In this document: one piece after another, positions 59,284 to 64,000 of the stretch
How positions within the stretch are numbered: position 1 is the stretch's first letter
How the letters are laid out: each line of letters starts with the position of its first letter
Source: a virus
Taxonomy: Duplodnaviria; Caudoviricetes
Direction: 5' to 3' (one strand)
IMG/VR virus record: IMGVR_UViG_3300028171_000090
Span: 1 to 64,000 of that record
DNA length: 64,000 nucleotides
Program-made: the position numbers and the translations under genes
Notes under the pieces: model-generated
Seen by the model: only the letters and a program-made list of their open reading frames with translations
Databases searched by the model: none
Told to the model about the DNA's origin: nothing

Positions 59284-59795
59284 TGAGTAATGGATTCAGA
59301 GTAACAGGACCAAATGGGGTAAAATTTGATATACTTAAAGGAAGAAAGAATTTTAATGAAAGAACTGTAACAGTACCGCCCGAATTATTAGGGAAGGTTG
59401 ATCTTTCAATACCTGCTAGTGAGGATGTAGAAAAGTATATGAAGATAACTGTTGACGGAGACCCATTAGCGAGTGCACCGCTAAAGCCTCGTGATCAAGG
59501 TGAGATTCTGCCACCGCGTCAACGTGCATTAAGTGAGGATAATATCGGAACTTCTGATAGAATCGTTTATCCTAGTATTTACGATGTAATTTATAAGAAT
59601 GATCCGAATGTATCTGGATTCACTTATGAGCTTGAACAGCAGGAAGAAATTGATAATGCTAGAGAATTCTTCGATAAAAAATGGAGAGAAGCAAAAGCTA
59701 ATGGGAATGAAATAATGGCTATGATGTACCGTCAAGGTCGTGATTCTTCTTATGGTAAAATGGACACTAAGATCATAAGACGAAGTGTGAGATAA
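59283..59795 (+). CDS. Hypothetical protein
   Basis: TAATG coupling at 59283; terminator follows. Confidence 0.65.
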   Translation: MSNGFRVTGPNGVKFDILKGRKNFNERTVTVPPELLGKVDLSIPASEDVEKYMKITVDGDPLASAPLKPRDQGEILPPRQRALSEDNIGTSDRIVYPSIYDVIYKNDPNVSGFTYELEQQEEIDNAREFFDKKWREAKANGNEIMAMMYRQGRDSSYGKMDTKIIRRSVR

Positions 59796-59823
59796 AAAGA
59801 GAGATACCCAAAAAGGGTATCTC

Positions 59824-61206
59824 TTATTTTTTTTGTAAAGATTTCGATGTTTCCATCTGACGGTAATTATGATTGTCTCTCGTCATATGAGTTGGTAGAT
59901 ATTCTTTAAAGTCTCCACCTATTATAGATGATACTTGATAGTACATAGCAGATGCATATCTACGTTTATTTTGTTGAGTTTTAATATATAACTCATCTAG
60001 ACCTTTTAACTCTTTTTCACATTGCTTAATATCTTCTAATAATAGCTTTTTCATACGAGGGTCTTTAATGGACTTCTCATGAGCTTTCAAGTATTTTAAT
60101 TGGTCTTTACAACGTGTGATTGAGTTAGGATGTACATATCCTAAGAACCCTACAATCTTAGACGTTGTATTAATAATATCAGTAGGTAGTGTTAATAACT
60201 GGAATGCGGCTGTCGAACCCTTTGTCGGGTACTTCATGTCGCTTCCAGCCGTTGTTCTACCAATGTCAAATTTTTTTTGTCCTGATATTATATCTTGACC
60301 ATATCCGAAGGACGTTGCAAAGTTATCAGCAAACTTCTCATTCTGGTATCCATCACCATTCGTAAACATTGCTAACGCAAACATCGGTAATGATGCAAAT
60401 GACATAGCAGCTTTTGTCACAATACCCGCCATATATTTAGAGAAGTATCTGATATGTTCATAGATATAGAAGAATGGAGCAAAGATACTTACCATTGCAA
60501 TACCAGCACCTTTTAGGTTATTAAGAGCTAAATCTAATTCAGCTAAAGATTTATTCTCACGGATAAAATTAGCCGCCGCAATACGTAATTTATCTCCACC
60601 TGGAATATAACTTGTTAGTGCCTGTGCTGTTAGGAGTTTATCTTTCAGCTTACCTTTATCGTTCATCAATTCTAATAGGATACTTTTCATAATAAAAATA
60701 CCTGATGTTAAACGATATGCTACAGATAACTCTCTATCATCGTAGTAGAAGTTATGACCGATTTCATGTAAGATGACGGCTAGATATTCACCTGCTGTTA
60801 ATCCGGCTAATGTAAACATTTCTAATCCACATACACAGTATAGTGTTTTATTAGAATCAGCGGTAAACTTGATAGTCTTTCCATCATTGATTCTTTTATT
60901 CTTTTTTGTTAAATCTTTTACAATATCATCGATATTGAATCGAGTGAGGATAGTATAAGCATTGGCATAACCCATAGCTCTCAGCTCAAGGATAGCTTCT
61001 TTAAAGCCAAATAGCTTACCTAAAATCTTCTCTACTTCTCTTATTTCCTTTATCATAGAGTTCGTAACGTTAGCGTGTGTACCATTAAATCCAGCTAACG
61101 CTTCTAATCGAATCTTCTCTAAATGCTCCTCACATTTTAATAAATCAGGATGTTTACCGAAATACGCTTCCGATAAAACTTGCTCTTGGACGGAACTATG
61201 TATCAT
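59824..61206 (-). CDS. HEXXH zinc metallopeptidase-like late protein
   Basis: ILHEIGH...NEKFADNFA; late promoter at 61251-61240; AGGAGG RBS. Confidence 0.6.
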   Translation of the reverse strand: MIHSSVQEQVLSEAYFGKHPDLLKCEEHLEKIRLEALAGFNGTHANVTNSMIKEIREVEKILGKLFGFKEAILELRAMGYANAYTILTRFNIDDIVKDLTKKNKRINDGKTIKFTADSNKTLYCVCGLEMFTLAGLTAGEYLAVILHEIGHNFYYDDRELSVAYRLTSGIFIMKSILLELMNDKGKLKDKLLTAQALTSYIPGGDKLRIAAANFIRENKSLAELDLALNNLKGAGIAMVSIFAPFFYIYEHIRYFSKYMAGIVTKAAMSFASLPMFALAMFTNGDGYQNEKFADNFATSFGYGQDIISGQKKFDIGRTTAGSDMKYPTKGSTAAFQLLTLPTDIINTTSKIVGFLGYVHPNSITRCKDQLKYLKAHEKSIKDPRMKKLLLEDIKQCEKELKGLDELYIKTQQNKRRYASAMYYQVSSIIGGDFKEYLPTHMTRDNHNYRQMETSKSLQKK

Positions 61207-61239
61207 TTTAAATCCTCCTTTTGTTTTATTCAACCATGT

Positions 61240-61264
61240 TATCTAATTGTTTAACATCTAAATA
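61240..61264. promoter_or_regulatory. Back-to-back divergent late promoters
   Basis: AACA-attaga-TA (minus) and AACA-tctaaa-TA (plus). Confidence 0.75.
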
Positions 61265-61298
61265 AGCTTAGTATATAAAGAAAAGGGGGTAGTACTAC

Positions 61299-62468
61299 AT
61301 GGCGAAATCCACAAGTAGTAAGCTACTGGTAGAGACTCTCTATCCGACCGTTGACAAACATCTAAAGAACAAGGCTCATGTAAACGAGCTAGTAAAAGGT
61401 GCTAGACATTATCTTGATCGAAACTCGGATAAGATTTTCGACTCAGGACTAACGTATAAAGTTACATTCCTAAATCAGGATAAAGAAGTGATTATGAAGG
61501 GTGCAAACTTAACTGCCCTTGAAGTAAAGTCTACAATCCGTCAATCAGCCTACATTAAAGATAACTGGCGTATTATGACGGAACCGATTAACGTAACAAC
61601 AGCATTGATTGCTCGTTACTTTACATTGAATAAAATGGATGATGAATTACGTTTATTCTTAATCTTCTATTCATTCTACTTCTACTCATCTCTACATAAT
61701 AAATACTTTAAGTATGGGGTAGTGGAAAACGTTATGGGATATACGGTTAATAACTTATCGAATAAGTACCTATTAAAACGATACGGTTCTCTGTTTAAAT
61801 CCATTGAGCATATCGTTATGAAATCCCATGAAACATACAAAGACAGACTAATCAATGGAGAAGATGGTGACTTAGCCACTTATATCCAATCTATTAAAGT
61901 ACGTTTAAATGATATGGTGAAACATATCTCAAATGCGTATTATGATGACCATAGAGCAAAACAGTATCTAAACTTCGATAGTGATAACTACGATGAAGAT
62001 AACTTCCATTTAGCTGATAATAGCTCCTATGCAATACAGCGTATTGCCGATGGATGTGTTATCCGATTAAATACCTATGGTCCTGACATGAACTTTGCTA
62101 AACTTGCAGCTCGTATTAATAAAGTGAGTATTAGTGAGATTCGAAACGTTATTACGCATTTAGGTAATAACGAAACAGATGAGATTAAACGTATGTGCGA
62201 ATTAATCTTACAGTTATTCTTATTTGACAATGCAAATAAGGTAGAAGATGTTCGTTCTGACCGATTCTTCATGGAGTGTACAGAGCTGTACAAGAAGAGT
62301 AATACGAACGATAAAGTCGTATTAGAAATTAAAGCAATCCTAGACAGATGGCTGAAGAAGTATAGTGTCAAATATACGAAGTCAAATCGTGAAGCAACAC
62401 TATCGGACTTCCGTCGTGCAATCTTTATGTACTTTGTTATTCATATCCAGCAAAGTGCATCTTACTAG
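61299..62468 (+). CDS. Hypothetical late protein
   Basis: 389-aa ORF, late promoter, RBS. Confidence 0.7.
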   Translation: MAKSTSSKLLVETLYPTVDKHLKNKAHVNELVKGARHYLDRNSDKIFDSGLTYKVTFLNQDKEVIMKGANLTALEVKSTIRQSAYIKDNWRIMTEPINVTTALIARYFTLNKMDDELRLFLIFYSFYFYSSLHNKYFKYGVVENVMGYTVNNLSNKYLLKRYGSLFKSIEHIVMKSHETYKDRLINGEDGDLATYIQSIKVRLNDMVKHISNAYYDDHRAKQYLNFDSDNYDEDNFHLADNSSYAIQRIADGCVIRLNTYGPDMNFAKLAARINKVSISEIRNVITHLGNNETDEIKRMCELILQLFLFDNANKVEDVRSDRFFMECTELYKKSNTNDKVVLEIKAILDRWLKKYSVKYTKSNREATLSDFRRAIFMYFVIHIQQSASY

Positions 62469-62479
62469 GAGGTTAGATT

Positions 62480-63151
62480 ATGGAGATTAACAGTAACGAT
62501 AGATTTACTATGACACCTCAGGTGCCAAATTTATTAAATGATATGCAAGGGTTTACTATAACTGACAATGGACATTATGAGAATTATGTTGCAGCAAATA
62601 TGTTTAAAAATGATTCTAGTTCATATTTCCATCATATAACTTCAACCTCTGCAACAGTTGAAGTACGGGCACCATTTAAGATGAAATTCGATCACATTAT
62701 GATAGAACCTGCTACAAGCGAATATCATGCGCCGAATTTCACATTAACAAATGGGTTTACATCATATGGGACATGGTCACATAGTGCAGTAGCAAATGAA
62801 TCTCCAAGATTATATGATTTAGGACAAATAATAGAAACAAATTATTTATTCATGAATCTAAAGTCTGCAAAAGGTGATTCATATGTATTCCTACGGAATA
62901 TGCAATTTTATTTAAGTATAAACGAGTATCAGTTACTTGGTATGGATGGTAAATTATATGCGGTAACTGATAGTGGATTAGAAATGGTTTCACAAGATGT
63001 TGATAACACTTCAATAGAGACATTCAAATCAAAAGGTAAGCCTGTAAAACATCTTAATGGTAATGTGACCGTAAATGGTCAAACGATAAAAACCTTAGAT
63101 ATGATTAAGAATCAAACTGATAAATTTTCTATACACATGGTTAAGAAATAG
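62480..63151 (+). CDS. Beta-sandwich (discoidin-like) protein sharing the C-terminal module of 14533/15451
   Basis: GMDGKLY...KGK...DKFSIHM module. Confidence 0.55.
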   Translation: MEINSNDRFTMTPQVPNLLNDMQGFTITDNGHYENYVAANMFKNDSSSYFHHITSTSATVEVRAPFKMKFDHIMIEPATSEYHAPNFTLTNGFTSYGTWSHSAVANESPRLYDLGQIIETNYLFMNLKSAKGDSYVFLRNMQFYLSINEYQLLGMDGKLYAVTDSGLEMVSQDVDNTSIETFKSKGKPVKHLNGNVTVNGQTIKTLDMIKNQTDKFSIHMVKK

Positions 63152-63191
63152 AATTCCGACATTACTATAATAGACTAAAGGAGGAATATTT

Positions 63192-63953
63192 ATGGCAATG
63201 ACGCCAGCAAAACGTAAGAAAATGGAAGACTTGATTTACGGGACTTTTAATATATTAGACAAGACAGGAAAGAATACGCAGAAGTATAAAGAACGTTATT
63301 CTAAAATGTCTAATGAGCAATTTGATAAAGAGATGAAGAAGTTCTTAAATAATCCAGATGCTTACTTCTATCTGGAGATTGAACCATACGCTGTAGAGGT
63401 ATCGATGAAGGAAGCGCAGAAAGCGGCAGACTTCTTAAAAGTGCCTTTATTCGAACATGTTATCATGCCATTTGCTAATCCCGAAGGTGACCCAGTTGTT
63501 ACACAGCAACCGGTACTAACAGGATACATTCATATTAAACGTGTACAGCAAATGGTATCGAAAAAGAATAGTATGTCTATTCATATTGGTCAACGTAATC
63601 CGAAGACTGGTATGGTTAGTGGTGACGATAAGAATGCTCGTGCATCTGACGTTGAGAATATCGCTCTTATTGCGGTAGGGGCAAAAGATTCTATGAAGGA
63701 ATTAATCGGAGCACGTTCCGACGACCTTCGTGCAAAAACAGAAATGTTGAAACGTATTAAAGATGACGGGTATGTGAGTCTTGAGGATATCCCTTCTAAT
63801 AAAACGGATAAGGTAGCATTAAATACTTTAGATGTATTCTTTACATGTGCAGGATTAAAAACAAACCTTGTTACAGATGGTTTAGCATTACCTCGCACAT
63901 TGAATAATCTAAATAAAGATGTAAGTTCTATATCTGCGAAGTACAATAAATAA
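63192..63953 (+). CDS. RNA polymerase beta subunit, C-terminal fragment
   Basis: GYIHIKRVQQMVSKK...ENIALIAVGA...ELIGARSDD aligns with the beta C-terminal GxMYxLKLxH...ALEAYGA...KSDD region. Confidence 0.8.
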   Translation: MAMTPAKRKKMEDLIYGTFNILDKTGKNTQKYKERYSKMSNEQFDKEMKKFLNNPDAYFYLEIEPYAVEVSMKEAQKAADFLKVPLFEHVIMPFANPEGDPVVTQQPVLTGYIHIKRVQQMVSKKNSMSIHIGQRNPKTGMVSGDDKNARASDVENIALIAVGAKDSMKELIGARSDDLRAKTEMLKRIKDDGYVSLEDIPSNKTDKVALNTLDVFFTCAGLKTNLVTDGLALPRTLNNLNKDVSSISAKYNK

Positions 63954-64000
63954 ATACTATTGCAGTAACATCTTAATAGCTAACCATAAAGAGAAAGGAG

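Noticed and set aside
151-63946. Numerous 60-120 aa ORFs antisense to or nested in long genes (e.g. 151-366, 1481-1789, 12473-12817, 53688-53990, 63590-63946)
   Set aside because: No RBS or promoter support and atypical composition; fully inside well-supported genes
1-64000. Stop-codon reassignment, introns/inteins or mobile elements
   Set aside because: Genes tile the window under the standard code, and the RNAP, topoisomerase, helicase and PPK ORFs appear uninterrupted; no transposase, integrase or reverse transcriptase motifs were seen

Overview
The window is a 64-kb segment of an AT-rich jumbo myovirus of the phiKZ-related AR9/PBS1 type, probably infecting a Firmicutes host. All product calls come from motifs recognised by eye; no database search was run. 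Replication and transcription genes: three pieces of split multisubunit RNA polymerases (beta' N-part with DFDGD, beta' C-part, beta C-terminal fragment), a type IIA topoisomerase pair, DnaB- and Dda-like helicases, Mre11/SbcD-like and PD-(D/E)XK nucleases, and a probable B-family DNA polymerase palm fragment. Accessory genes: a full-length polyphosphate kinase (PPK1), a TARG1/DarG-like macrodomain, a kinase-like protein and several tandem paralog families. There are many baseplate/tail genes. Two phage promoter classes are visible: AACA-N6-TA (the AR9 late consensus, at 17 or more gene starts) and TAYAYATTATATAGGTGA (inferred early). Two things stand out. (1) A 1.3-kb ORF-free array (about 26.83-28.16 kb) carries 12 copies of a 9-nt motif (GCRTARTCT on +, AGAYUAYGC on -), most next to a hairpin. 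It is organised as about six late-promoter/terminator units, and a lone copy with the same layout sits at 1.2-1.34 kb, so it is a candidate undescribed phage small-RNA family. (2) A complete CXXX-repeat radical-SAM/SPASM peptide-modification cluster, with a ~92-Cys substrate, is embedded in the late tail gene block.
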